Source of the DNA: Heptranchias perlo
Taxonomy: Eukaryota
DNA: 64,000 bases
NCBI RefSeq assembly: GCF_035084215.1
Contig: NC_090338.1
Coordinates: forward strand, 9,362,001 to 9,426,000
Direction of reading: 5' to 3'
A program made the translations under genes and the position numbers. Within the stretch, counting starts at the first letter, position 1; every line of letters begins with the position of its first letter. Under the pieces are notes generated by a model. That model did not search any database and was not told where the DNA came from. It saw nothing but the letters and a program-made list of their open reading frames with translations. Shown piece by piece: positions 23,709 to 36,633 of the stretch.

Positions 23709-25116
23709 TCTTAATTATAGATTCCAGCATTTTCCCCACAACAAATGTTAGGCTAACTGGTCTATAATTCCCTGGTTTCCCTTTCTCTCCTTTCTTAAAA
23801 GCAGAGAAACAGGTGCAATTTTCCAATCCAGAGGGACGATTCCAAAATCTAGAGAGCTTTGAAAGATTATAGTTAGGGCATCTGCAATGTGCTCACCTAC
23901 TTCCTGTAAAATCCTGGGATGAAAACCATCTGGTCCCGGTGATTTGTCACTCTTTAGTGCTATTATTTTCTTCATTACTGTTGTTTTACTTACGTTAATT
24001 TTATTGAGTCCCTGTCCCCGATTCAATATTAGTTTTCTTGGGATTTCCGGCATGCTATCCTCTTTTTCTACTGTAAATACTGACGCAAAGTAATTATTCA
24101 ACATGTACCCCATTTCCCCATTGTCAATGACAATATCCCCACTTTCAGTTTTCAAGGGGCCAACATTGCTCCTGACAACCCTCTTTTTCTTAATATAACT
24201 ATAAAAGTTCTTCCTATTGGTTTTGGTATCCCTTGCAAGTTTCTTTACATACTCTCTTTTTGTAGCTCTTACTATCTGTTTTGTGACCCTTTGTTGATCT
24301 TTGTATCTTTCCCATTCGCTAGGATCTGTGCCAATTTTTGCCTTTTTGTATGCCCTTTCCTTATTTATTATACTGTCCCTTACCACTTTAGTTCAGGGGT
24401 ATAAACCAGTTCTGTATCACGTTAAATGTTTCTTTAAACATTTCCCACTGATCATCAGTCGTTTAGCCCATTAACAGATTTGCCCAGCATTCTATGGACA
24501 GTCTCTGTCTCATCCCATTGAAGTCGGCATTACCCGAGTCTAGAATTTAGCAGCTGATTCACTTTTTTCCCTTTCAAACACTACCTTGAACTCGATCATG
24601 TTATGATCGCTATTGGATAGTTGTTCACGCACAGTTAAGCTGTTAACTAAATCTGGTTCATTACTCATTACTAAATCTAGTATGGCTTGCCCCCTTGTTG
24701 TCTCTAGGATATACTGCTTTAGAAAACTGTCCCGGACACACTCAAGAAATTCACTACCTTTCTGACAGTTGCTAGTCTGCTTTTCCCAATCTCTGTGAAG
24801 GTTTAAGTCCCCCATTAAGACCACTATGCCTTTGTTACACGCTTGTTAATCTCTGCATTTATACAATCTAGCACTTCAGAGCTGCTGCCAGGGGTCCTAT
24901 ACACAACTCCCACAATAGTCTTAGATCCTTTCCTATTTCTCAATTCAATCCATAAGGTCTCTGTTGGCTACTTACCTCTCGTTATATCCTCCTTTATCGA
25001 TGAAGTGATTTCACCTCTAATCACTAAGGCTATTCCTCCACTTCTTCCATGTTCCCTATCTCTCCCGTAGACCTTATAACCTGGTATATTTAGTTCCCAA
25101 TCCTTTTGGCGTCTTT
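23709..25116 (-). mobile_element. CR1-type LINE, upstream part of ORF2 (endonuclease to start of RT)
   Basis: Minus ORFs 24540-24824 (GDLN..ILDLVMSN..SDHN), 23748-24386 (KSPGPDGFHP), 23632-23826 (NYRPVSLT..ESIIK). Confidence 0.88.
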
Positions 25117-25763
25117 CAGTACTTTGGAGTCCCACCGAGGTCCAGTGGAGTTTCAGTAGGTATTATTGTTGATCAGAATGACAGTACCTCAGTTATTGTG
25201 CATCCATTACCCAAGTATGGGCGTACAGCAATAGAGACAGTGTCTCGATTCGCAGAACCAGGCTATCTAGTTGCCAAGGTGTCGGCCACTGATGCTGATT
25301 CTGGCCAGAATGCTCCCCACTCTTACCAAATTCTCCAGACTACTGACCCTGGACTTATTAGGATTTCACCTGATTCAGACGAAATCTGGACAATCCATGG
25401 CATTGTGAGCAAAGGTGGCACGAAGCAACGGTTGGTCATCGAGGTTACAGACAATGGATCACCTCCCCTTTCAGCTACGATGCCAATCCTCTTATCACTG
25501 GAAAGTCGTGATACAGAGCTATTCTCTCACCTCAGCGATGCGTCTGTAGCTTCCGGATTCGATTATAACACAAGCTGCACTTAGTCATAACTTTAGGAAT
25601 ATTCTTGTCTATTTTTCAGATAATTTTAATTTTCCTGGCGGTGAAGTCCACAAAAACAGAAATGTTGTTTCGCTGACCATACCCGTTGTCAGGACATGTC
25701 AAGGAATTCGCTGAATTAAATTTGAAAAGCCGGTAGAAAGATTCAGATACCTCCCAACTATTA

Positions 25764-25956
25764 TAGAATCATAGAATCTTGCAGCACATAGGGAGGCCAT
25801 TCGGCCCGTCGTGCTGTGCCGGCTCTTCGAAAGAGCTGTCCAAATTAGTGCTGCAATCCAGCTTTTTCCTCCTTCACCCTGCAAATGTGTCCTCGTCAAG
25901 TACATGTCCAATTGTCTTTGAAAGTTCCCGTGGAATCTGATTCCGTCACCCTTTCA
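25764..25956 (-). mobile_element. Short CR1 3' tail inserted in the P2 cytoplasmic region
   Basis: atagaatcatagaatc..gaggccattcggcccgtc tail; interrupts cccaactat / actatgttgaagtg (possible ACTAT target duplication). Confidence 0.75.
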
Positions 25957-26849
25957 CTACTATGTTGAAGTGTTTGTTAAAGATCTACTTTCCAAAGTTT
26001 ACGCTGTGAGACATGTCCCACTTCAAATTCGACTGCGAGAGGCTTTGTGTTTCCCAATGTGTCTCATGCATCTTCCAGCAGAGGTGAATCTATTAGGAAA
26101 GAATAGGACCCTGGAATATCAAAATCTGGATATTCTAAATAATGAGGTGAGGCAATGCTAAATGTAAGGGGAATAACCTCGCGGCTGTGGCACGAGTGTG
26201 GAGTGGTTCACTGGAGAACGCCAGCAATTAAGATATGGAGTAAAAATCAGAGGTTTCAATTGTGTTTGCTATTTCATTTTCTAGAAAAAAACCGTGGGTC
26301 AGGGCCGTGCAATTTTCTAGTATCGTCCATGGTACTTTACTTTTCTTTATAATTAATGAATTGCTTATATAAAATGATTTTACTTTGTCCACCTCATGAA
26401 AACACAGGTCACTCAAGCTAGTTATAGTGGGCTCCACGATTACGCAAAATAAAATTAAAGGTCATTTACACCGTTGCCTCAATTGCTGCGTAGAATCAAA
26501 CTTTCAAATATCCCTTGAAATGTTCTTTGAAGCATTTTAACAATCAGCGACGCTATAGATCAGTGATAAAAATAAATCGCCAAGAAAAAAGCTCGTGAAC
26601 TAGGTATACAGGAATGAAACAAATAATTTGAGGATTTAGCAAAATCCCAGTAACTTATTATGATTTTAATATTTTTTTTCTTGTTTTGCACGGGTTTCTG
26701 GACAAGTAATCCTTAGGATGCCTATTTTCAAAGTAATCTTACAGAATAGTTTATAATAGAGCAGCAAATATCCACATGGCAAGAAAGGCATGTTGGCATT
26801 ATGACTACGCAACAATAAATGATTTTTCGCACAATTAACAAAGACAGTT

Positions 26850-26960
26850 CAGCTTTAAGAAATGAAAAGTGTTCTGATTGGTTGCGTGCGAGTGCGTCCC
26901 CATTCACCAATCAGAGGCTGAAATGTGGCTGGAGATCCTCACTGCCCCCTTCCCTCTTCA
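26850..26960 (+). promoter_or_regulatory. cPcdh promoter cassette (V3)
   Basis: CTTTAAGAAAT 26853, ATTGG 26877, CCAAT 26907, GGCTGGAGATCC 26927. Confidence 0.78.
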
Positions 26961-27232
26961 TCTGTCGTCACATTCGACCAGACTGGGGGGAAAACTGGAC
27001 AGCTAGTGACGCAAGGTTGAATTATGTTTTTGTAAACGCATCCCTTTGTGATTCTGGAAGAAATAAGGACATTTGTCAGAAATCATGACGAGGATTTTTC
27101 AAAAGTGCAGGTACCATTGCGCGATCTGTCAGTTCCTCCGTGTACACGATGCTTTGTAACTATCTGTATCCTGGGGAAGTGAATGAACGCTACTGAGACG
27201 CGTTGAAATAATTCGAATGGTCTACGGCCGCA

Positions 27233-29664
27233 ATGAGATGTTATAAAATACATTGGTTTTTAAATCGACAATTGTACTATTTGTTCCTCTGCTGGTATCT
27301 AGTGTATGGAGAGCTTCGTTATTCGGTTCCAGAAGGGTTACAACTGGGTGCCTTTGTTGGGAATATCGCAGACGATTTGGGTTTAGATGTAAATCAGCTC
27401 TCAGCTCACAGTTTTCGGATTCTGACCGGTCCCTGGAAGCAGTATTTGGACGTAAATGTAGACAATGGGATTTTGTTTCTGAAAGAACAAATTGATAGAG
27501 AACAGCTCTGTGGGTCGGCACTCAGTTGCATATTATCGTTGGAGGCCGTGACTGAAAATCCTTTCAACCTGTATCGTATAAAAGTGGAGATTCTGGATGT
27601 AAATGACAACGGTCCGATTTTCCCAAAGAGCCAGTTCCGCCTGGAAATCTCAGAGGTTGCTGCCCCGGGAGCGCGCTTTCCCTTGGAGTGCGCGCACGAC
27701 CCAGACGTCGGGAGTAACTCACTACAAACGTATCAGCTAGCTGCAAACGAATATTTTACCCTAAATATTGAGACGACTAGTGTGGTGGGAAAATTGCCCG
27801 TGTTAGTGTTGGACAAGGCCTTAGACAGGGAAAAACAATCAACCCTCAACTTAATGCTAATTGCCAAAGACGGGGGTGTTCCTACAAGATCTGGCACTGC
27901 TCAGATTATGGTCTTGGTGGTGGATGCAAACGACAACTCGCCTGTTTTCTCGCAGGCGTCTTACAGACGCAGTCTTTTAGAAAACGTACCTAAAGGAACA
28001 TTGATTCTAAAACTAAATGCGACTGACATGGATGACGGTTCCAATGGAGAAATAGTGTACTCTTTCAGTAGTCACAATTCAGCTATAGTCCGCGAACTGT
28101 TCGATCTTGATTCCAGAACTGGTGAAATCAGAGTTAAAGGGAAAGTGGATTATGAAGAAAGCAAGTTATTCGAGCTAAATATTAAAGCATTGGACAGGGG
28201 ACCAAATGCAACCCCGGGGTACTGTCGTGTGCTGATCGATATTGTCGATATGAATGACAATGCACCTGAGATGATTCTCACTTCTTTGATCAGTTCAGTC
28301 CCTGAAGATGCTCCGCCTGGTACTATGGTGGCTCTGATCAGCACAACAGATAAAGATTCCGGAGAAAATGGACAGATACGATGTCAAATTGAAAATAATA
28401 TTCCCTTCAAACTGGATTCGTCATTACAGGATTACTACAGATTGCTTACCCAGGCGCTACTGGATCGCGAAAGTATCGGGAAATACGAGTTTACTGTCAT
28501 GTGCAGTGATAATGGAAAACCTTCTTTAGTCTCTAACAAAACAATTCGTGTGGAAGTGATAACGCACCACGGTTTATGGAGCCATTATATACAGCATATG
28601 TATCAGAAAACAACGCTATAGGGATTTCAATCTTCTCAATGACAGCTGTTGACCCAGATATAAACCAGAACGGTCGACTATCCTACTGTGTACTGGACAG
28701 TGAGGTTCAGGGCGCATCGGTATTCAATTATGTTCGTATAAATTCAAAGAGTGGTGTCATATATTCCCAGAGATCTTTCGACTACGAGCAGCTCAAAAAC
28801 TTTCAGGTCCATATTCAGGCGCAGGACTCTGGACTCGTACCGCTCGCCAGCAACGTATCACTGGATATTATTGTCCTTGATCAGAATGATAACGCTCCAA
28901 TCATCTTGCATCCATTATCCGAGTTCGGCTCCACAGCAACAGAGACAGTGTCCCGGCACGCAGGACCTGGCTACCTCGTGGCCAAGGTGTCAGCAATTGA
29001 CTCTGACTCCGGTCAGAATTCTCGGCTCAATTATCAAATTCTTCAGGCTGCTAATTCTGAACTTTTTACGATTTCACCCGACACGGGGGAAATCTGGGCA
29101 ACCCGCGGCATCGTGGGCAAGGACGTCAATAAGCAAAAATTAGTCATTGTGGTAAAAGACAGTGGAACACCACCGCTTTCAGCTACAATGACCATGGTCC
29201 TATCACTGGTAGACGGTGATACAGAAATACTCGCTGATCGCAGCGGTATCTCCGAGGAACCCGGACTCACGTACGATATGAGCCTTTACTTGGTTATATC
29301 TTTGGGTATAATCTCTTCCATGTTTCTTCTGATTTTAATCACCCTTGCTGTTAAGATCCACAAAAACAGAAATGGTTTTGATGAGCGGAACTGTTCTTTC
29401 GGCGTTTGTTGCTGCTCTCAAACTAAGACTTCGCTGAATGGTATCCAGAAAGCCAGTAGAAATCTTCAGATACCTCCGAATTATGTTGAAGTATTTGGAG
29501 GTGATCCGCTTTCCCAAAGTTTCCGCTACGAGACGTGTTCCGTTTCAGACGTAGAAATGTTTTACAACAGGCGCAGTCCATCCACAATGCAGAATATCGT
29601 GCGGAGTGAAACTATTGGGAAAGAAAACAACCCTGGGATATCGAATTCCGCAAATTATAGTGAG
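27233..29664 (+). pseudogene. cPcdh variable exon V3 with a single 13-bp frameshift deletion at the EC4/EC5 linker (recent pseudogene, null allele or truncated product)
   Basis: ORF 27233-28621 (SP, EC1-EC4) and overlapping ORF 28576-29679 (EC5-EC6, TM, tail) are both otherwise intact; gtggaagt^gataacgcacca versus paralogue gtggaagtttcagatataaatgacaacgcacca; donor GAG|GTGAGA. Confidence 0.85.
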
Positions 29665-30136
29665 GTGAGAAGCTTCTAAACAGGAAAGAAAGCACCTACG
29701 GGTTACTTTTGGATGCGCCTACTTCCCTTAGAACGTTACAACCCAACAAAATATGAAATAGGACATATTTCTCAAAATATGAGAAAATATTAATTTTCTT
29801 TAGTATGTCCATTACTCCAGTCAGAGCCCCATGCTATGCCCCTCCGTGCGTGCTAACGTTTCATTAGAGTGACATGATTATAATTATTAATGCACTTTCC
29901 CTCATAAACTTTCATTTTCGCAAGCTAGTTGCAGTGCGTTCAACAATTCTATCAATACATTGCGACAGGCATCAATCACACGGTGTTCTTATCTGTGGAA
30001 CTTTGTCAAATGTTTTCTATTGTTATACGTATGTATGACAAAGCTCCACATTCCAAATTCTAGCCACCCTTTTTGTAGAATTTTTATTCAAACCATTCCT
30101 TTTAGTTTTATAATTGTCTTAAAACTTGTGCCAACG

Positions 30137-30440
30137 ATAGAATTACATAGAACGTACAGCAGAGAAACCGGCCATTCTGCCCAACAGGTCCATGCCGGTG
30201 TTTATGCTCCACACGAGCCTCCTCCCTCTCTACTTCATCTAAACCTATCTGCAAATCCTTCTATTCCTTTCTCCCTCGTGTCTTATCCAGCTTTCCCTTA
30301 AATGCATCTATGCTAGTCGCCTCAACTGTGTAAACAATCTTTCACAATTCAACTTGTCATAACTCTTCAAAATGTTGTGACCTATATCAGATCACCTCTT
30401 AAATTTCTCAGCTCTAGTGAAAAATTGCTAACTTCTCAAG
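30137..30440 (-). mobile_element. CR1-type 3' fragment(s)
   Basis: atagaattacatagaac..ggccattctgcccaac tail; atcagatcacctctt (reverse of RGDLI). Confidence 0.65.
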
Positions 30441-30599
30441 TCACTTTTCATAACAGTGAACCCTTTAAAATGCTGAGAGATAGAAATGATATCGACGCAG
30501 GCAGTCCAGAATATTGGCACTAAACGAGAGAGAGCATGGTTAAAATTAACAATCCTCAACTAAGATAATCAACAGATTGAACAGATTCTGAGCAGAAGC

Positions 30600-30835
30600 A
30601 GTTTAGGTTGAATCAATTAAGCCCTTCCAAGAGGAATTGGATATATTATTGGCTAGTAATGCCTTTGGAGATATACTGCAATAGCTGTAGACTGAAATGA
30701 TGAAATGATGGGGAGAGAGCGAGAATATGGTATTGAGATGGAGGATCAGCCATGATCATATTGAATGGCGGAGCAGGCTGGAAGGGCCGAATGGCCTACT
30801 CCTGCTTCTATTTTCTATGTTTCTATGATTCTATG
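30600..30835 (+). mobile_element. CR1-type 3' tail
   Basis: gatcagccatgatcatattgaatggcggagcaggctggaagggccgaatggcctactcctgcttctattttctatgtttctatg. Confidence 0.75.
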
Positions 30836-31164
30836 ATGAATAAGGCATTATGTCGCTGGTGCGCGAGTGATGTTGTCTGTGGAGACAATAGGCCAGAACT
30901 GAATAATGAACAAGTCCATATGGATACATAGTATGGAGCTCAGCCTGATAACCGTGGGAATTCATGGAGTATTTATGCAAGGCATTCCCACAGGAGATTA
31001 AATTCTGGGTAGAATCCATCATAGGATTCATTCTTTATATTCTCTGGAAAGAGTACACTAGATAGTATTTTTTGTTGCATGTTATCTTAGATTCAAAATA
31101 TATGTTTTCCAACTAGCAGTTCGGGCAAGGATTAGATAAAATAATTCATATGAAGTAGAACATA

Positions 31165-31526
31165 ATAAACTTGTAAAATAATGAGGGGCATAGATAAGGT
31201 AGATAGTCAAAATCTTTTCCCAAAGGTAGGGGAGTCTATAACGAGGGGGCATAGATTTAAGGTGAGAGGGGAGAGATACAAAAGGGTCCAGAGGGGCAAT
31301 TTTTTCACTCAAAGGGTGGTGAGTGTCTGGAACGAGCTGCCAGAGGCAGTAGTAGAGGCGGGTACAATTTTGTCTTTTAAAAAGCATTTGGACAGTTACA
31401 TGGGTAAGATGTGTATAGAGGGATATGGGCCAAGTGCAGGCAATTGGGACTAGCTTAGTGGTATAAACTGGGCGACATGGACATGTTGGGCCGAAGGGCC
31501 TGTTTCCATGTTGTAAACTTCTATGT
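31165..31526 (+). mobile_element. CR1-type LINE 3' end
   Basis: ORF 31181-31453 (LFPKVGESITRGHRFKVRG..FFTQRVVSVWNELP). Confidence 0.85.
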
Positions 31527-32525
31527 ACACATGATGAAAAAGTAATGTTTCGAAATAGACTCACGAGTTCTGGAATTGGAAGCATCGAATCCCACTGAGA
31601 TAGTTTTAACAGATTTTGCAGCTTATAGGGAAGACTCCACTATTAATTCAGTCAGGAGTTGGTCGACGTAAACTATTTTAACAAATCAGAAGGGACTAAA
31701 AAAAATTAAAACTGTACAATCGTGGCCAAAAATACAAGGTAACGGACGCTGCTCAATGGACATAGTCGATATCCCAGTGGTCCAGTAGACACTGCAAGTT
31801 GGCCCTGAAAGGTTAAGCAAGTGTGAGCTAAAACTCAAAACATATGAAAGCAGTCAGCTGAACCTTTCCCAGTGATTTTGAAACATTGCGCCAGTGGGGG
31901 TAGACTTACCTAGGCCAGACCCATCAGGGGATGTCCGCTCAGTTGTCTCTACAAATTAGGTGTACAATTAAAGAATTTGCTTTACACGGGCTTGTGGACT
32001 GTGAGATTTATAAGTTTAAACCCACAGGTAAACATTATCAGATGTATCTCCTTGCAGGAAGACACCACTAAAACTCAAGCCAGGGAGTGACCCACCCAAA
32101 CTGTTATTAAAACAAAAAAACAGGGAATTAATTCAATGACTTAAAACAAGTATTCCATTAGTTCCCATCAGTTACGGGGACCAGTGAACTGTTGGATACT
32201 GTTTTGGAGTTCTAAGGTTAACTAGGGGTGAGCTAAAGTTCGAAACACGAGTGAACAGTAAGAGGATCTTTGCCCAACAATCTTTCACACCGTGGGTTTT
32301 GTGGGTGGGAGAATTAGCCAGATCAGGAACAGAACAATCACGAAGACGTCGCATCTTCTCACCCAATACAACTTAGAAGATGGAACGCGCCTATTTTGAG
32401 ATAGGCTAGTAGGATGGTGAGATTGCACTCAGGCCAATACTACCGAGGCAGGAGTATTGTCGCAGTAGACGCAATCTGCATAGTGGGCATAGATGCATAT
32501 AATGGTGTCTACCTGCATGTGAACT

Positions 32526-32835
32526 AAAGAAAGAACTTTCAATTATATAGCGTCTTTAACGAACCTCAGGGCGTCGCAAAGCGCTACCCAACCAATGGAG
32601 TATTGGCACTCGTGTAATGTAGGGAAAGGCAGCAGCCAATTTGTGCACAGCAAGGTCCCACAAACAGCAATGAGATAAATGATCAGATAACCTGTTGTAA
32701 TGATATTGGTTGATGGATAAATGTTGGCCGAGACAACTTCCTTGTTCTTCTTGAATAGTCTCATGGGATCTCTATGTACACCTGAGAAGGGTGACATAGA
32801 CTCAGTTTAACATTACAACCGAAAGAGGGCACTTT
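32526..32835 (-). mobile_element. Second Deu-domain SINE copy, 5'-truncated
   Basis: Shares gcagccaatttgtgcacagcaaggtcccacaaacagcaatg..tattggttga.ggataaatgt.ggcc with 18716-19127. Confidence 0.7.
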
Positions 32836-32837
32836 CC

Positions 32838-33340
32838 AGGTGAGGCGAGAGTGACTGCCCTTGACATCAATTTGACCTAGTGTGGCACCAAGGAGCCCTG
32901 GTAAAATTGAAGTCAATGGGAATCAGGGGGAAAACTCTCCAGTGGCTGGAGTCATACCTAGCACAAAGGAAGATGGTAGTGGTTGTTGGAGGTTAATCTT
33001 CTCAGCCCCAGGACATTGCTGCAGGAGTTCCTCAGGGCAGTGTCCTAGGCCCAACCATCTTCAGCTGCTTCATCAATGACCTTCCCTCCACCATAAGGTC
33101 AGAAATTGGGATGTTAGCTGATGATTGCACAGTGTTCAGTTCCATTCGCAACCCTTCAGATAATGAAGCAGTCCGAGCCCGCATGCATCAAGACCTCGAC
33201 AACATCCAGGCTTGAGCTGATAAGTGGCAAGTAACATTTGCACCAAACAATTACCAGCTAATGACCACCTCCAACAAGAGAGAGTCTAACCACCTCCCCG
33301 TGACATTCAATGGCATTACCCTCGCCAAATCCCCCATAAC
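32838..33340 (+). mobile_element. Internal RT fragment of the second LINE family
   Basis: Near-identical to the reverse complement of ~15500-16005 (ORF 32882-33079 matches ORF 15762-15959). Confidence 0.85.
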
Positions 33341-33784
33341 ATAATGTTGGATTCGCATGTGAATTGGAAAACGTGATAATAATCACTTATCACAAAATAT
33401 TTCTCGCCGAAATAATAACCACTATTATAATCAATGCATATTTGTTCTACATTGCGTTTAGAAAAAAAGTGAAAACTATCAATAACAATACGGAAAGTGA
33501 ATTACATAAATTGCAAGTGAATTATATGCATGTAATACAGAAATGCAGAAGAAGATGAATGGGTTTGGCTCAATCACAATAGAGACTCAGCAACACGGTA
33601 TCCTTGGAGGAACTTCTATTTCGGAGGTCCCAGTTAGCTGTTGCATCGAGTGTAAAGCTGTTGTTGAAGAACATTATAGAAAAAGAAAGAAAATCTACAA
33701 AATAGTAAAAAAAAACTGGTCACTTATATTTTTCATTGCACAACTATAAATGCCACTTTTACGCATAGACGTACAAGGGCATTA

Positions 33785-33895
33785 CAGCTTTAAGAAATGT
33801 TCCGCAACGTAATTGGTTGAATTAGGGCATGACTCCATTCACCAATGAAAAGCTGAATCATGTCTGGAGATCTTCACTGCCCCCTTTCCTTCCCA
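33785..33895 (+). promoter_or_regulatory. cPcdh promoter cassette (V4)
   Basis: CTTTAAGAAAT 33788, ATTGG 33812, CCAAT 33842, GTCTGGAGATCT 33862. Confidence 0.78.
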
Positions 33896-34158
33896 GCCAC
33901 CATTACAGACAATCAGCACTGCGAACTGAAGGAACTGCCTTAGGATTAATAACGTCGTCTAAACGCATCCATTGGGAATTTTGAACAAAATATGAAGATT
34001 TTCTTTCAGCACTCTCAACGCATTTTAAAGCGTACAGGTATTTTGTAGCATGTACCTCTTTATTTGGTTGAAAAATCATACAGTTTTTAACTCCATTCGA
34101 AAGGATTGTCGAACGGCTTTGTGTCGTGCTGAAACCGTGCGAATGTTTTGTGCTGGAA

Positions 34159-36633
34159 ATGCAATATTACACAATATATTGGTTGTTGAAATGGCGACAG
34201 TTGTACTTTATGCTTCTGTTCTGGAATCTAGTTTATGGACAGATTCGATATTCGATTCCTGAAGAATTACAAGTGGGTGCCTTTGTTGGGAATATAGCAG
34301 CCGATTTAGGATTAGATGTGAAACAGCTCTCAGCTCGCCGCTTTCGGGTCGTGGGCCGTTCCAGGAAGCAGTATTTGGACGTAAAATTAGACAATGGGAT
34401 TTTATTTGTAAAGGAAAAGATTGACAGGGAACAACTCTGTGGGCCCAGCCTCGCGTGCACGCTATCTGTCGAGACTGTGCTCGAGAATCCTGTCAATCTA
34501 CACGATTTCGAAGTGGAGATTCTGGATGTAAATGACAACGCTCCCAGTTTTCCAAAAGGTCAGTTCCGCCTTGAAATCTCAGAGCTTGCGGCCCCGGGTG
34601 CGCGCTTCCCCCTCGAGTCCGCACACGATCCAGATGTTGGAACGAACTCGGTACAAACCTACCAGCTGGTCGCAAATGAATATTTCACTCTAAATGTTCA
34701 GTCGCGCAGTGGAGATGGAAAATTACCAGTGCTCGTGCTGGAAAGGCCACTGGACAGAGAAAAGCTATCGAGTCACAGATTACTGCTAATTGCCAAGGAT
34801 GGCGGAGACCCTGAAAGATCTGTCACTGCTCAAATACTGGTAATCGTTGAGGATGCAAACGACAACCTACCTGTTTTCCCGCAGTCAGTTTATAAAGTTA
34901 ACTTGTTGGAAAATGTACCGAAAGGGACCTTGGTAATTAATCTAAATGCCACAGACTTAGATGAAGGGTCCAATGCAGAGATAGTGTATTCTTTCAGCAG
35001 CCATACTTCGATTAGAGTCCGTGAACTGTTTAGTATAGATTCTAAAACTGGCAAAATCAGAGTAAATGGGGGTTTGGACTATGGGGAGCATAGTGTTTTT
35101 GAGATTAATGTGCAGGCCAAGGACAAGGGCTCTTCCGCAATACCCGTATACTGTGATGTGGTGTTGAACATCATTGATGTGAATAACCATCCACCTGAGG
35201 TGACACTAAATACTTTATTCAGTCCGGTTGGTGAAGACGCTCCGCCTGGGGCTGTCGTTGCTCTAATCAGCGTAGCAGACAAAGATTCTGGAGAAAATGG
35301 ACAAGTGCAATGTCAACTCGCAAATAGCCTCCCCTTCAGGCTTGATTCATCATCAAAGAAGTACGCGAGATTACTCACTAAGCAGCTACTTGATCGTGAA
35401 ACAACCTCTAAATACGAGGTTACTATCACATGCAGTGACTCGGGAAGACCACCTCTCACCTCCAGCAAAATCATTCGGGTGGAGCTTTCGGATATAAACG
35501 ACAATGCACCGCAGTTTGCCCAGCCTTTATATACAGCGTACGTGATGGAGAACAACGTTATTGGGGTTTCTATATTCTCCGTCACTGCTTCTGATCGTGA
35601 TTTAAATCAGAACGCTCGACTGACATACTCTATCCTAGAGAATCAGGTTCTGGGCGAGTCAGTGTACACTTACGTCCATATTAATTCAGACAGTGGTGCC
35701 CTATGCTCCCAAAGGTCATTTGACTACGAGCAATTAAAACAATTTCAGGTACAAGTTCAGGCACAGGACTCCGGAGTCCCGTCACTCACCAGCAATGTTT
35801 CGGTGGATATTATTATCCTTGATCAGAATGACAACGCCCCAGTGATCGTGCATCCATTACCTGAGTATGGATTGACAACATTAGAGACTGTGTCCCGCTT
35901 CGCAGAACCAGGCTATCTAGTCACCAAGGTGTCTGGGATTGATGCAGACTCTGGACAGAATGCTCGCCTCTCTTACCAGATTCTGCAGGCTACTGACCCT
36001 GGTCTTTTTACTATTTCATCCGACACGGGTGAAATCTGGACAATCCGTGTTATTCTGGACAAGGATCTCAGTAACCAAAGGTTGGTCATCGGGGTAAAAG
36101 ACAATGGAACACCACCCCTCTCAGCTACATTAACTATTGTCTTATCAGTAGTAGACGGTGATACAGAAATGCTCTCTGACATTAGTGGTCTGGCTGAAAA
36201 TCCACTGCTCGCTTCCGATACAAGCCTCTACTTAGTCATATCTCTAGGGGTAATCTCCTCCATATTTTTTGTGGTTTTAATTATTCTCGCTTTTAGGGTC
36301 TACAAAAACAGAAATGGTTTCGGTGACCCCAATTATTCTCTGGACACGTGCTGCTGCTTTGAATCAATGAGTTCGTTGAATGGAATTCAAAATGCAAGCA
36401 GAAATCTTCAACTAGCTCCGAACTATGTTGAAGTGTTTGGGGGCGATCCACTTTCTCAAAGATTCCGCTATGATACGTACTCCGCTTCAGATTCGACCAA
36501 GAGAGATTTCTTGTTTCCCAACGTGCGCAGTTCATCTGAACGCAAGAATAACGTCAGCGATGAGTCTGTTGGGAAAGAAGCAAACCCGCTGATGTCACGT
36601 CCTGCAGATTATACGAACGCTTTAAATAGCGAG
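34159..36633 (+). CDS. Clustered protocadherin variable exon V4; unspliced frame stops at 36648
   Basis: 840-aa ORF with [11 protein letters not shown]5-C, 6 EC repeats and TM; ATG 34159; donor GAG|GTGAGG. Confidence 0.94.

Larger units (their letters stand above)
19485..26146 (+). pseudogene. Decayed cPcdh variable exon P2, interrupted by three CR1 insertions; keeps its splice donor
   Basis: ORF 19526-19729 (WNLVSGQIQY..ELQL..VGNIADDL); cadherin remnants 20371-21240; ORF 25198-25584 (ETVSRFAEPGYLVAKVSATDADSGQNA); end NNE|GTGAGG at 26146. Confidence 0.88.
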
